Assembly (NCBI GenBank): GCA_035403785.1
Contig: DAONFW010000005.1
Location: 3,045-67,044 of the forward strand
Source: Minisyncoccota bacterium
GTDB lineage: Bacteria; Patescibacteriota; Minisyncoccia; Phycocordibacterales; UBA9973
DNA: 64,000 nt
Direction: 5' to 3'
Shown: positions 24,852 through 34,831 of the stretch, one piece after another
Position numbering within the stretch: the stretch's first letter is position 1
Layout of the letters: every line of letters begins with the position of its first letter
Program-made: the position numbers and the translations under genes
Notes under the pieces: generated by a model
Seen by the model: only the letters and a program-made list of their open reading frames with translations
The model's database searches: none
Told to the model about the DNA's origin: nothing

Positions 24852-25832
24852 TTAATCTTTAAGACTAAGTCCGAATTTTACTAGGACTTTCTTAATTTCA
24901 TTAATACCTTTATCTCCGATCCCTTCTACCTCAAGCAAATCTTCGATTTTCTTTCGTGCCAAACCTCCAAGTGTTCTTATGTTAGCAGCGGTTAAGGCGT
25001 TCAATGTTCTTGTAGACAAATCGAGACTATCGATACGTGTCTTCAAAACATCAACGAAATCTTCTTCGTTTGCTTCTTCTTTAACTTCTTCTTTTTCTGT
25101 CTTTGATTCTTTCTTTTCTATTTTTGCGATTTCTTCTTCTGGTTCTTTGAAATCAATCACAGCTTTCAACTGATTTATCATTATTTCAATTGATTTTGAA
25201 AGCGCTTCGCGAGGACTTAATGTTCCGTCTGTTTCAATAGTTATTCGTAATCTGTTATGGTTAGTTTTATCTCCGACACGCATGTTTTCAACCTCATAAG
25301 CCACTCTTCTGATTGGTGTGAAAATAGCATCAACAGCAATAGTGCCGATGTCTACTTTTTCTTTTTGTAAAATTTCTTTTGGAATAAATCCAAGTCCTTT
25401 TTCAATATGTAATTCAATATCCAAATTTACTTTTCCTGTTACTTCTGCGATATACATTTCTGGATTCAAAACTTCAACTTGTCCAGTTGTTTTTATATCT
25501 GCAGCTGTAACAACTTTTGGTCCTTTAATAGAAAGAGTAATAGTTTGTGGCTCGTCAGAAGCCATTTTGAATCTAACTTTCTTTAAATTCAAAATCATAA
25601 CAATAACATCTTCTTTTACTCCGTCGATAGTAGAAAATTCATGAGAGACTCCGTCAATTTTTATAGAAGTAAGACTAGCACCAGGCAAAGAAGATAGAAT
25701 AATTCTTCTAAGAGTGTTTCCTAGAGTATGACCGTAGCCAGGGTATAAACCATCAATTTCAAATACTCCTTTATTTTCCTTCTCTAACACAACACGAGGT
25801 TTTGAAGGCACAATTATTTTATATTCAGGCAT
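24852..25832 (-). CDS. rpoA: DNA-directed RNA polymerase alpha subunit.
   Basis: A 326-aa ORF. The N-terminal dimerisation domain reads …FEIDGLYPGYGHTLGNTLRRIILSSLPG…, followed by a C-terminal domain. Confidence 0.9.
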   Translation of the reverse strand: MPEYKIIVPSKPRVVLEKENKGVFEIDGLYPGYGHTLGNTLRRIILSSLPGASLTSIKIDGVSHEFSTIDGVKEDVIVMILNLKKVRFKMASDEPQTITLSIKGPKVVTAADIKTTGQVEVLNPEMYIAEVTGKVNLDIELHIEKGLGFIPKEILQKEKVDIGTIAVDAIFTPIRRVAYEVENMRVGDKTNHNRLRITIETDGTLSPREALSKSIEIMINQLKAVIDFKEPEEEIAKIEKKESKTEKEEVKEEANEEDFVDVLKTRIDSLDLSTRTLNALTAANIRTLGGLARKKIEDLLEVEGIGDKGINEIKKVLVKFGLSLKD

Positions 25833-25916
25833 ATCTCTTTTTTATATTTAACCGCTTGCGCGGAAAAAATTATTTTTAATACTTAATAATAAAAATTCAA
25901 AAATTAAAACTTAAAA

Positions 25917-26519
25917 CTAACGACTATAAAATTCAAGCACAGCGTTCAAATCAAGAAATGTTTCTGTGTTTTTTGGTTTATCCAAAACTTTTCCTTCTAA
26001 TTTCTTAACGTCAAAAGAAACCCAAGCTGGATTTATGTAATCTTTTAGCTTTTCTTCTATGTTTGCAAAAATCTTTTTACTCTTTGAACCTTCTCTGATC
26101 TTTATGATATCTCCAGCTTTTACTTGATATGAAGGGATAGTAACTTTGTGATCGCCTACAATAAAATGACCATGAGAAACCATTTGTCTAGCAGCTCTTC
26201 TACTGTTAGCTAGTCCCATTCTATATACAACATTATCTAATCTAGATTCTAGTTGCTCATAAAACTTTTCAGCTGTTCCTGTCCCTTTGAAGGCAGTTGC
26301 TTTTTTAACATAGTTAGCCAATTGCTTTTCTGACAAGCCATATGAGAAACGAATCTTTTGCTTTTCTACAAGCTGTGTTCCGTATTCAGATAAAGCCTTA
26401 GGACGCTTTGATCCTGGTCCGAACTTTCCTGAAGTTGCTGAAAATTTTGAGCTCTGACATTTGTCATAAACTCCTGGTCCTAATCTTTTACAAATTTTAA
26501 ACTTTGGTTTTGATATCAT
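25917..26519 (-). CDS. rpsD: 30S ribosomal protein S4.
   Basis: A 200-aa ORF with an S4 RNA-binding domain (…RLDNVVYRMGLANSRRAARQMVSHGH…). Confidence 0.9.
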   Translation of the reverse strand: MISKPKFKICKRLGPGVYDKCQSSKFSATSGKFGPGSKRPKALSEYGTQLVEKQKIRFSYGLSEKQLANYVKKATAFKGTGTAEKFYEQLESRLDNVVYRMGLANSRRAARQMVSHGHFIVGDHKVTIPSYQVKAGDIIKIREGSKSKKIFANIEEKLKDYINPAWVSFDVKKLEGKVLDKPKNTETFLDLNAVLEFYSR

Positions 26520-26544
26520 CTCTTAATTATTATTATTCTAATTT

Positions 26545-26979
26545 TTATACTCTTCTTGGTTTCTTTGGTTTTGGCCCATTGTGAGGAACCGGTGTTTTGT
26601 CTTTAATAGAAGTAATTTCTATTCCGTGAGCCATGAAAGCTCTAATCACTGGTTCTCGACCCGATCCAACACCTTTAACAACTACATCAGATTCTTTTAC
26701 TCCGATAGCTTCTGCTTTTTCTCCTATAACATCCCCTACTTTAGAAGCAGCAAAAGGAGTTCCCTTTTTTGCTCCTTTGAATCCTAAACCTCCAGCACTT
26801 GCCGCAAACAAAGCATTTCCTGCTTTATCTGAAAACAATACTTTTGTGTTATTGAAAGTAGCATCAATGTGAATGATTCCTGCAGTAATTTTCTTTTTTG
26901 AAGATTTAGTAGGAGCTGCCTTTGTTTCAGGAGCTGTTTCTGTCTTTTTTTCTTCAGTTGTTATTTTTGTTTTTCCCAT
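26545..26979 (-). CDS. rpsK: 30S ribosomal protein S11.
   Basis: A 144-aa ORF containing …GIIHIDATFNNTKVLFSDKAGNALFAASAGGLGFKGAKKGTPFAA…. Confidence 0.9.
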   Translation of the reverse strand: MGKTKITTEEKKTETAPETKAAPTKSSKKKITAGIIHIDATFNNTKVLFSDKAGNALFAASAGGLGFKGAKKGTPFAASKVGDVIGEKAEAIGVKESDVVVKGVGSGREPVIRAFMAHGIEITSIKDKTPVPHNGPKPKKPRRV

Positions 26980-27016
26980 TTTTTTATTTTTATAATTTAT
27001 TTTTTATTTTGCAATT

Positions 27017-27397
27017 TTATGTCTTACTTTCTTTTCTTCTTCCTGAGGCCATTGTCTTTCTAACATTTCCTCTTACTGTTCTTGAGTTAGTTTTTGTTCT
27101 TTGTCCTCTAACTGGTAATCTTCTCATGTGTCGAACTCCTTTGTAACACTTCACATCTTTCATTCTTTTTATATTTGCTGAAACTTCTCTTTTCAAATTT
27201 CCTTCTATTGTCATCCCTTCAACTATTGCACGAATTTTATTTTCTTCAGCTTCTGTAAGATCTTTAGCTTTTTTGCTTCGATCAACACCAACCTGATCTA
27301 AAATTCTACGAGCAGTTGAAATTCCAACTCCGTAAATACAAGTTAGTCCTATCTCAAGTCTTTTTTCGTTTGGTACTGTTATTCCAAGTATTCTCAT
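27017..27397 (-). CDS. rpsM: 30S ribosomal protein S13.
   Basis: A 126-aa ORF starting MRILGITVPNEKRLEIGLTCIYGVGISTARRILDQ. Confidence 0.9.
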   Translation of the reverse strand: MRILGITVPNEKRLEIGLTCIYGVGISTARRILDQVGVDRSKKAKDLTEAEENKIRAIVEGMTIEGNLKREVSANIKRMKDVKCYKGVRHMRRLPVRGQRTKTNSRTVRGNVRKTMASGRRKESKT

Positions 27398-27403
27398 ATG
27401 ATT

Positions 27404-27514
27404 TTATTGTTTTTGTTTATGTTTTGGATTTGAACAAATTACTCTTAAATGCCTTTGGCGACGAACCATTTTGCAATTACTACAAATTTTTTTTACTGAT
27501 GCTTTTATTTTCAT
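27404..27514 (-). CDS. rpmJ: 50S ribosomal protein L36. This ORF is below the 60-aa cutoff of the ORF track.
   Basis: Manual minus-strand translation gives [36 protein letters not shown] (36 aa). This is the L36 zinc-ribbon pattern, and the gene sits in the expected infA-rpmJ-rpsM position. Confidence 0.8.
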   Translation of the reverse strand: MKIKASVKKICSNCKMVRRQRHLRVICSNPKHKQKQ

Positions 27515-27627
27515 AAAAATTTTTTTATAACTTAAAACAACATAAAACAAGGGAAAAACCCTTATTTTTTAATGTCTGTTTTTCTTTTACAAACCGTACT
27601 TTATATAATACACTATTATTAAAAAAA

Positions 27628-27849
27628 TTACAACCTTTTTGTGATTCTTCCTTTGCCGCCGTACTGATCAAGTAAAACTTCAACAGAATCACCTATTAAT
27701 ACTTTTATTCTATGCATTCGCATTTTTCCAGACAAATAGGCTAGAATTTCTTTATCGTCATCAATCTTTACCCTGAACAAGGTATTAGGCAAAGCTTCAG
27801 TAACGAGGCCTCTGGCTGTTAAATTTTTATCATTTTCTGAATTACTCAT
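27628..27849 (-). CDS. infA: Translation initiation factor IF-1.
   Basis: A 73-aa ORF with an S1-like fold: …GLVTEALPNTLFRVKIDDDKEILAYLSGKMRMHRIKVLIGDSVEV…. Confidence 0.9.
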   Translation of the reverse strand: MSNSENDKNLTARGLVTEALPNTLFRVKIDDDKEILAYLSGKMRMHRIKVLIGDSVEVLLDQYGGKGRITKRL

Positions 27850-27907
27850 TTAGACTTTGTAATTTTAACAAAATTAAAACATTCCGTCAAATTAATTAGT
27901 GGAAAAA

Positions 27908-29305
27908 TTACGGATAATTAACAATTATTTTAATATCTTTAAATTTATCTGGGAAGGTTTTTCCCCAGACCGGCTTCACGACTAATTCCGCAGAATCAAT
28001 TCCTATATATTCTGTCAAAACTTGATTGAAATCTTTTTTATCTCTTCCAACAACTTCTTTCACCAACTTATCTGTATCTATTCTCCAGACTATTTTTGAT
28101 TCTCCTGACAAATCAAAATTTATATCTTTTACTTCGCTGAAATTTATATTGTCTTTATTGTTAAGAACAAATTTGAAACTCTTGATATCTGGAATAAAAA
28201 TATCTTCGTCTTTATATTTTTCTAAATTATTCTGGACAATTCTCTGAGTTAATTTTTTCTCGTCAAACAAAAATCCATAAAGAGTTCCTTTTACTGTAAT
28301 CGGAACTTTTTGTCCTTCTATCGCATTACCAATAGTTCCTTCGTCTGTCTGCACAAAAATCGCATCTTCATACAAAATATATCCGGTCGGAATTTGGCTT
28401 GTAGCTTTTTGTAATAATTTATCTTTTAGACCTTCTTTTAATTCAGCTATCGCATTTGTTTTTTCAACATCAGAAACACGTCTAACTTTTCCAATTAGTC
28501 CACCAGTTATATCACCAGTTGATCTTGCGTAAAATTTAGAATATTTTGGAGTTCCTTTAAATCCAAAAATAGTAAAATCGAGAGGTTTACTATTATATGC
28601 TTCACCTGCTTCAGATGCATAAATTCCAACTTCAACCGAACCTGGGGTAGAACCAGTCATACCTGGGACAACTACTGCATTTTTTGTTTTGTATATTTTT
28701 CCATTAGAACCTTCAAGTCTTGTGTTAATATCAAGTCTCTGTGTTGCAGAACTAAAAGTATTGTAAATTACTACAGTTCCAGTAGCGCTGTCTTTTGCAT
28801 CTACTTCTTCCCCGCCTTGCACTTCTTTTGTTTCATCCCCAGAAATTACAACTAAATCAAACGGCAAAATATTTGAACTAGAATCTTTTGATGCTGCGAA
28901 ATTTTCATTCAAAGAAAGATCAATTGCTTTTGGCTCTATTGTTATTTTAGCTCCAGAGAACAAAAATGATACAGCAAAAAACAAAAAAACCAACGCAATA
29001 AGCGCAACAAACCAAAGACCGTATTTTGAGCCACTGCTATTTCCGTATCCATATTCTCCGGCCTCCTCTTCTATTGTTGGCTGATTTTTAACTTTATGAA
29101 CATACTCACTACGCTTACTATTTTGAGCTTGAGTTTGAGCTGCTTGAGTGTAAGTTTGAGAGTGAGAATTAGAGGCTACGCGAGAAGTTTTATTTTTATA
29201 AAGAGAATCAAATTTAGTATCGAGATCTTCTTTAAAGTTTTCTGGCTTTTTATCGCCTAATGTTTTTTTTACTTTAACAACGTCTTGAATTAAATTTTTT
29301 GGCAT
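27908..29305 (-). CDS. Hypothetical single-pass membrane protein. It may be a PilN/PilO-like partner of the upstream PilM-like gene.
   Basis: A 465-aa ORF with a cytoplasmic region of about 95 aa, one transmembrane segment (LWFVALIALVFLFFAVSFLF) and a large extracytoplasmic domain. It is tightly linked to gene 29315-30490, with a 9-nt gap. Confidence 0.3.
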   Translation of the reverse strand: MPKNLIQDVVKVKKTLGDKKPENFKEDLDTKFDSLYKNKTSRVASNSHSQTYTQAAQTQAQNSKRSEYVHKVKNQPTIEEEAGEYGYGNSSGSKYGLWFVALIALVFLFFAVSFLFSGAKITIEPKAIDLSLNENFAASKDSSSNILPFDLVVISGDETKEVQGGEEVDAKDSATGTVVIYNTFSSATQRLDINTRLEGSNGKIYKTKNAVVVPGMTGSTPGSVEVGIYASEAGEAYNSKPLDFTIFGFKGTPKYSKFYARSTGDITGGLIGKVRRVSDVEKTNAIAELKEGLKDKLLQKATSQIPTGYILYEDAIFVQTDEGTIGNAIEGQKVPITVKGTLYGFLFDEKKLTQRIVQNNLEKYKDEDIFIPDIKSFKFVLNNKDNINFSEVKDINFDLSGESKIVWRIDTDKLVKEVVGRDKKDFNQVLTEYIGIDSAELVVKPVWGKTFPDKFKDIKIIVNYP

Positions 29306-29314
29306 GTTTATATT

Positions 29315-30490
29315 TTATCTAAGAAAATGATTAATGTAAATCGACTCAATAATAAGAAAAGCGTCTCTTGGGGTTTCTTCTTGAAAAGTTGCAATTCCAT
29401 GAAGAGCTTCCGTTCCCAAAAAGATTATTCTAAATTTTGACTCAGTCAAAGTGTACTGGTTAAACTGTTCTGTTTTAATAATTTTAGAAAAGAAATTGTT
29501 CAACTCCTGATCAACTGTCACAAAAATAGTAGCCGGAATAGAAATGTCATTTGAAAGATTTACTAGCGACTCTTGAAAACTTTTTAGCCATTTTGCTTCA
29601 AGTTTTTTCATAATTGGTTCTAGTTTGTTTTCTACTTCTTTTGCAGCGTGACCATCTTTGTAGAGAGAAATATAAGATTTTGCTTCAGCCAAAGAACAAT
29701 GCAAAGTTTCTGAAACTTCTCTAATCATGAAATTTCTACCTAACGGAAACGAAATAGAAGAACTCAAAACATCTTTTTTTACCATTGAAATATCCGTGAC
29801 TTCCCCACCAATGTCTATCAATAAAAAGCTATCTTGATGCACGAAAGTATTTCTCGCAACAGCAAAAGAAGCCATCGCAAAAGAAGAGAATTTAATTTCT
29901 TTACAACGAAAATGCATATTAATAACTTTTTCCATTGGAGATAAAATTTGTTCTGGACTCATAGAAATGAAAACTGTCATTTCGAGTGAAGTCGCCTTTT
30001 TCCCCATTGGATTTTGCACATCGTAACCATTTAAGCTAATTTTCATATTTCTAAGCTCAATCGCTCGAATTTTATTTTGCTCGTCTGAATACTGTTTCAA
30101 ATTTTCATCTTCAAAAATTTTTATTTCTTTTTGAATAAGACTATCAGCTAATTTTTGAGTAAACTCAAAAGGCGTCTCTTGAGAATATTTTATTACTCTT
30201 GTTTGAGATGCATACCAAGGTGATGCCAAAACACAAAAAACTTTTTTGGGAGCGCCAATTTTTCGAGTAGCCATTTTGTAAACAACTTTTTCCAAAGTCT
30301 TTAGCATCAATTCCAAAAATCTCTCAGGATTAATATCTTTTTCTAAGCTAATAGGCTCACGAGTTGTATAAATAATTTTTGGAACACCAGAATCAGTCGC
30401 TTTGAAAAAAGCGCCAGCAACAGAAGAAGATCCTATATCAAAGACCAACATTAAATCTTCTGTTTTTTTAGATTTTGAAAAAAATCCCAT
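29315..30490 (-). CDS. Actin-fold ATPase, PilM/FtsA-like.
   Basis: A 391-aa ORF. The N-terminal LVFDIGSSSVAGAFF resembles the PilM/FtsA phosphate-1 motif, and the size fits PilM. Confidence 0.45.
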   Translation of the reverse strand: MGFFSKSKKTEDLMLVFDIGSSSVAGAFFKATDSGVPKIIYTTREPISLEKDINPERFLELMLKTLEKVVYKMATRKIGAPKKVFCVLASPWYASQTRVIKYSQETPFEFTQKLADSLIQKEIKIFEDENLKQYSDEQNKIRAIELRNMKISLNGYDVQNPMGKKATSLEMTVFISMSPEQILSPMEKVINMHFRCKEIKFSSFAMASFAVARNTFVHQDSFLLIDIGGEVTDISMVKKDVLSSSISFPLGRNFMIREVSETLHCSLAEAKSYISLYKDGHAAKEVENKLEPIMKKLEAKWLKSFQESLVNLSNDISIPATIFVTVDQELNNFFSKIIKTEQFNQYTLTESKFRIIFLGTEALHGIATFQEETPRDAFLIIESIYINHFLR

Positions 30491-30528
30491 ATGTTAGTTT
30501 AATTATAACATACTTAGCTTATTTAAAT

Positions 30529-32175
30529 CTATTCGAGTACTGCTTTTATTCTTCTAACTCCAGCTGAGCTAGCTTCTTCTTTTTTTATTTTAAATTTTCC
30601 AAGTTCTCCAGTATTCGCAACATGTGGTCCGCCGCAAAATTCTTTAGAAAAATAGCCACCGTCTTTATTTTCTACAAAATACACAGACACAACGTCTGGG
30701 TATTTAATTCCAAATTCCATTTCGGCACCAAGCTTTTTCGCTTCTTCTATATTCATTTCTTTCCTAATCACGTTTAATTTTTCCTGAATTTTTTCATTCA
30801 CTAAATCTTCAACTTTTTTCTTTTCTTCATCTGTTAACTTTCTGTCAAAACTGAAATCTATTCGCAATCTCTCATCTGTGATATTACTGCCCTTCTGATG
30901 AATATCCTGACTAACAACTTTCTGAAGCGCAGCCAAAAGCAAATGATGCGCTGTGTGTAGTTTTATAGATTTTTCAGAATGACTAGCCAAGCCACCCTTG
31001 AACATTCCTGCAGACGCGGTCTGTGAAAGTTTCTGATGCTCTTTTAACCGCTCGTCAACTAATTCCCAATATATTGTTAATTTTTTTTCTCTTGCTAATT
31101 CTTCTATTACTTCTCTAGGAAATCCATAAGTTGTAATAAGCTGAAATACTTGTTCTGTTGGAAGGATATTATCTGTTGTTGTGCCAATAGAAACTTTTCT
31201 TATTTTCTCAAATTCTTTCAATCCGTGCTCTAAAGTTAATTTAAATTTTTCTGCTTCTTTTAAAATTTCTGGATTATTAGTTTTTAATTCTTTTTCGCCT
31301 GACATTCTAACCATGCGTCTAATCAATCTTCGCAAAACATATCCGGCACCAGTATTAGCTGGCAAAACTCCATCTTCTATCAATTTTTCAGAAGCTCGCA
31401 TGTGATCTACAATTACTCTTTCTTCTTTTATTTTTTCTCCGTTAAACAAATCTGTATCATAAACACTTTGCTTTTTCTGTACAGTCATTACTAGTCTCTC
31501 AAATCCCATCCCTGTATCAACTCCCAAAACCGGCAACTTTTCTAAGTTTGCTTCACCTTTATCAAGTTGCTCTCGTGAACCATTACAGAAATATTCATTG
31601 AAAACTATATTCCAAATTTCCACATCTTCACCCGATGCGTTCTTACAATATATTTCAGTTGTCGGACCACATGGACCAGAATTTCCAGTTGGTCCCCAGA
31701 ACACATCACTTCCTTCTTCTTTTATTATCAAATTAGAATCTATACTTTTCCAGATACTTTCAGATTCTGAGTCTTTGGGTACATTTTCACTGCCTTCATA
31801 AACAGTCACATAAGAAATTTCTAATCCCATTTCTTTTGTTATGAATTCATGTGCATACTCTATAGCCTCTTTTCTACCATAACCGCCAAAAGAAAAATTT
31901 CCTAACATTTCGAAAAAAGTTAAATGTGTGTTATCTCCAACTTCATCTATGTCCCCAGTTCTCACGCATTTTTGTACTGTTACTATATTTCTACTACCCA
32001 ATTCTTTATCTGCTAATTCTGGATTTAAATAATATTTCTTAAATTGCTGCATGCCCGCAGTGGTAAAAAGCACCGACGGATCGTTTTTTGGAATTAAAGA
32101 AGAAGAAGGCATAACCTTGTGCCCTTTTTTCTCAAAAAAATCTAAAAATTTCTGTCTAATTTCATTTCCTGTCAT
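30529..32175 (-). CDS. alaS: Alanyl-tRNA synthetase, a short 548-aa form without a C-Ala domain.
   Basis: The N-terminal core reads FLDFFEKKGH…TTAGMQQFK…VQKCVRTGD…HLTFFEMLGNFSFG. The editing HxxxH motif is HTAHHLLLAAL, and the CGGPHV motif is also present. Confidence 0.8.
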   Translation of the reverse strand: MTGNEIRQKFLDFFEKKGHKVMPSSSLIPKNDPSVLFTTAGMQQFKKYYLNPELADKELGSRNIVTVQKCVRTGDIDEVGDNTHLTFFEMLGNFSFGGYGRKEAIEYAHEFITKEMGLEISYVTVYEGSENVPKDSESESIWKSIDSNLIIKEEGSDVFWGPTGNSGPCGPTTEIYCKNASGEDVEIWNIVFNEYFCNGSREQLDKGEANLEKLPVLGVDTGMGFERLVMTVQKKQSVYDTDLFNGEKIKEERVIVDHMRASEKLIEDGVLPANTGAGYVLRRLIRRMVRMSGEKELKTNNPEILKEAEKFKLTLEHGLKEFEKIRKVSIGTTTDNILPTEQVFQLITTYGFPREVIEELAREKKLTIYWELVDERLKEHQKLSQTASAGMFKGGLASHSEKSIKLHTAHHLLLAALQKVVSQDIHQKGSNITDERLRIDFSFDRKLTDEEKKKVEDLVNEKIQEKLNVIRKEMNIEEAKKLGAEMEFGIKYPDVVSVYFVENKDGGYFSKEFCGGPHVANTGELGKFKIKKEEASSAGVRRIKAVLE

Positions 32176-32256
32176 GTTTCTAAATATAGCAAAAATTAAG
32201 CAAATAAAAAAGAGGACTTATATAAGCCCTCTCTATTCCAAATGATTTTGAAATTT

Positions 32257-32541
32257 TTAATCTTTGAACAACGGCCGCCACCAAACAAATCGTGAGCCTT
32301 TTCTCTGGGTGTTTCTAATCATCCAAATAAAGATTATTAAAAGACCAAGCAAAAAAAGAACCAACTCGGAATTAATTACTTTTTTGATAAAAAGAAAAAT
32401 TCCCACAAAAAACACAGCGAGCGCAGCCAGAGAAAATAAAAACAACAGAGCAATTCTTGTAAAAGCATAAAATCTTGGAATTCTTAATCTTTCTTCGAAT
32501 TTAGAAGCAAGATCATTTCTCTTTTTAACAACCGTCTTCAT
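32257..32541 (-). CDS. Hypothetical small membrane protein.
   Basis: A 94-aa ORF with two transmembrane segments. Confidence 0.25.
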   Translation of the reverse strand: MKTVVKKRNDLASKFEERLRIPRFYAFTRIALLFLFSLAALAVFFVGIFLFIKKVINSELVLFLLGLLIIFIWMIRNTQRKGSRFVWWRPLFKD

Positions 32542-32622
32542 TATTGTAATCCCCCATGTTTATATTTATATTTTGATTTGAACTATCAACTTACTACTCA
32601 ATATCAAATTACCAAACAAAAA

Positions 32623-32650
32623 ACAAAGAGTCAAGACTCTTTGTTTTTCA
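32623..32650 (-). terminator. Intrinsic terminator after the mgtC-family gene. It is bidirectional in appearance.
   Basis: The hairpin acaaagagtc-aag-actctttgt is flanked by an A-run and a T-run. Confidence 0.5.
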
Positions 32651-32673
32651 AAAACATAATTTATATTAACTTT

Positions 32674-33159
32674 TTATTCTAATTTATTTTCATCTTGAGG
32701 GTTACCGGAAATTGGATCAACGATTTTCTTTTCCAAGAACCACAAAATTACAAATATGAATAAAGTTAAAACTGTGGCAATCAAAGCTAGTGAATAATAT
32801 CCAAAGCCAACAGCCATTCCAATTCCTGCAGAAACCCAAAGTCCTGTCGCAGTAGTTAATCCAACCAAAGTTGATTCTTTTTTAAACATTGCACCAGCCC
32901 CCAAAAATCCAATACCGGTAATAATAGCGGCAATTACAGCAATAGGACTCATGTTTACATAAGAAAGATTGGCGAAAGAAGCAATTACTTTTGTACCAAG
33001 AATCACCAAAAGCGCCGCACCCATTGAAAGCAAAGCGTAAGTTCGCATTCCCGCAGATTTGTGCGCAATATATCTTTCAACTCCAATTGCCATTCCCAAA
33101 ACCATCGAAAGCAATAATTTAATTATAATATCTTGATTTGTTATAAAAAATTGTGTCAT
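32674..33159 (-). CDS. mgtC: MgtC/SapB-family membrane protein.
   Basis: A 161-aa ORF. The motif LLLSMVLGMAIGVERYIAHKSAGMRTYALLSMGAALLV matches the MgtC-family signature GxERxxxxKxAGxRT. Confidence 0.65.
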   Translation of the reverse strand: MTQFFITNQDIIIKLLLSMVLGMAIGVERYIAHKSAGMRTYALLSMGAALLVILGTKVIASFANLSYVNMSPIAVIAAIITGIGFLGAGAMFKKESTLVGLTTATGLWVSAGIGMAVGFGYYSLALIATVLTLFIFVILWFLEKKIVDPISGNPQDENKLE

Positions 33160-33166
33160 GTTTTAA

Positions 33167-34231
33167 TTATACTATTACTCCCCCACCCAGACAAACATTT
33201 TTATCATAAAATACACAAGACTGGCCGGCCGCCACCAAAATTTCTTTCTCAAAATTAATTTCAGCTTTATTCTTGTTTAATTTTTTAATTCTACAGTTTA
33301 AAAACTCACCGTGATATCTAATCTGCGCTGTATATTTTTTATTAACTTTCGGCATAGAGTTTATCCAGTTTAAACTTTCTAATTTATATAAGTTATTTTT
33401 TTGTGAAAGATTTTCTGGCGAGTTAGAAACATACAAAATATTTTTCTTAATATCTTTTTTAATAATATAAAAAGGCTTACTATCTGTCTTCTTTTTTGTA
33501 ATAGTAAAACCATGTCTTTCACCCAAAGTGTGAAAAACAGCGCCATCGTGAAAACCAATTTCTTCGCCTTTTTCATTCAAAACTTTGCCACGCTTTTCTT
33601 TAATATAGTGCTTCAAAAAATCTTTCAAATCTACTGCGCCCAAAAAACAAATTCCCTGGCTATCTTTCTTTTCAGCAACTGGAATCTTAAATTTACTAGC
33701 TAACTTTCTCACTTCCGTTTTATTCAAATTCCCAACTGGAAAAATAATTTTAGAAAGCAATTTTTTATTTAAAGTCCAAAGAAAATAAACTTGATCTTTA
33801 CTTGGATCTTTTGCTTTTACTAAATTATTTTTAATATTCTGTGCATAATGTCCCGTCGCCACATAGTCCGCGCCCATTTCAAGAGATTTTTTCATAAAAG
33901 CACCAAACTTCACTTCTTTGTTGCACATAACATCAGGATTGGGCGTTCTACCAGCTTTGTATTCAGAAATCATATAATCAGCCACTTGCTTCTTGTAGAC
34001 TTCTTCTAGATCAAAAGTCAAAAACGGTATGTCCAAAAAAGCAGCCACACGCATTGCGTCACGTCTTTCTTCTTCTTCATTACATTTTATAAAATTTGGA
34101 TGCCAAGTTTTGATAAAAACTCCAATCACGTCAAAACCCTGCTTTTTTAACAAAGCTGCAGAAACACTCGAATCTACACCGCCCGACATACCGACAAATA
34201 CTGTTTTTCGCTTTTTATTCATTAATAGCAA
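33167..34231 (-). CDS. mnmA: tRNA-specific 2-thiouridylase MnmA.
   Basis: A 354-aa ORF. The PP-loop motif is VFVGMSGGVDSSVSAALL, and the catalytic cysteine context (…GICFLG…) is present. Confidence 0.85.
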   Translation of the reverse strand: MLLMNKKRKTVFVGMSGGVDSSVSAALLKKQGFDVIGVFIKTWHPNFIKCNEEEERRDAMRVAAFLDIPFLTFDLEEVYKKQVADYMISEYKAGRTPNPDVMCNKEVKFGAFMKKSLEMGADYVATGHYAQNIKNNLVKAKDPSKDQVYFLWTLNKKLLSKIIFPVGNLNKTEVRKLASKFKIPVAEKKDSQGICFLGAVDLKDFLKHYIKEKRGKVLNEKGEEIGFHDGAVFHTLGERHGFTITKKKTDSKPFYIIKKDIKKNILYVSNSPENLSQKNNLYKLESLNWINSMPKVNKKYTAQIRYHGEFLNCRIKKLNKNKAEINFEKEILVAAGQSCVFYDKNVCLGGGVIV

Positions 34232-34282
34232 TATTAATATAAAGCTGTATAATATACAAATAATAACTAAAAACTTATACCT

Positions 34283-34831
34283 ATGAGAAAAAATAAATTT
34301 TTTATAATATATGGAGCAAGTGGTTCTGGAAAATCTACAATATTAAATTTTGTAAAAAACATTAAAAATGTTTCTATTCATAAAAAAGATACTTCACGCT
34401 CTTTGCGTAAAAATGAAACAAAAAATGATTCTTTAGATATAAGATTTGTAAAACAATTCAATAAAAAAGAATACGAGTTAATTTACAGTCAATGGGGAAA
34501 TCATTATGGTATAAGAAAAGACCTAATTTCAAAAGCCATAAAAAATAACGAATTTCACTTTATAATTATTGGAGATATAAAAATAGTAAAAAAATTTATA
34601 TCAAAACATAAAAATAGTGTAGTAATATATGTACATTATGATCCTTCTGAAATTCCCAATCGTTTCAAAAACAGAGACCCTCTTGAATTTAAGCAAAGAA
34701 AAAATAAAATAGAAAAACAATATTTAGATTTTATAAAAAACAATACATTGTTTAATCATGTTATCGTTAATTTTTGGGACATAAAACACTCAAAAAAACA
34801 AATTCTTAACATACTTAAATTATATAAATAA
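34283..34831 (+). CDS. P-loop kinase, guanylate-kinase-like.
   Basis: A 182-aa ORF. The P-loop is FIIYGASGSGKST. The segment DTSRSLRKNE…DIRFV resembles the TTRxxRxGE…DYxFV motif of guanylate kinases. Confidence 0.4.
   Translation: MRKNKFFIIYGASGSGKSTILNFVKNIKNVSIHKKDTSRSLRKNETKNDSLDIRFVKQFNKKEYELIYSQWGNHYGIRKDLISKAIKNNEFHFIIIGDIKIVKKFISKHKNSVVIYVHYDPSEIPNRFKNRDPLEFKQRKNKIEKQYLDFIKNNTLFNHVIVNFWDIKHSKKQILNILKLYK

Noticed and set aside
25845-25860. Short hairpin ccgc-ttgc-gcgg between rpsD and rpoA as an attenuator.
   Set aside because: It has only a 4-bp stem and no U-tract, so it is compatible with chance.
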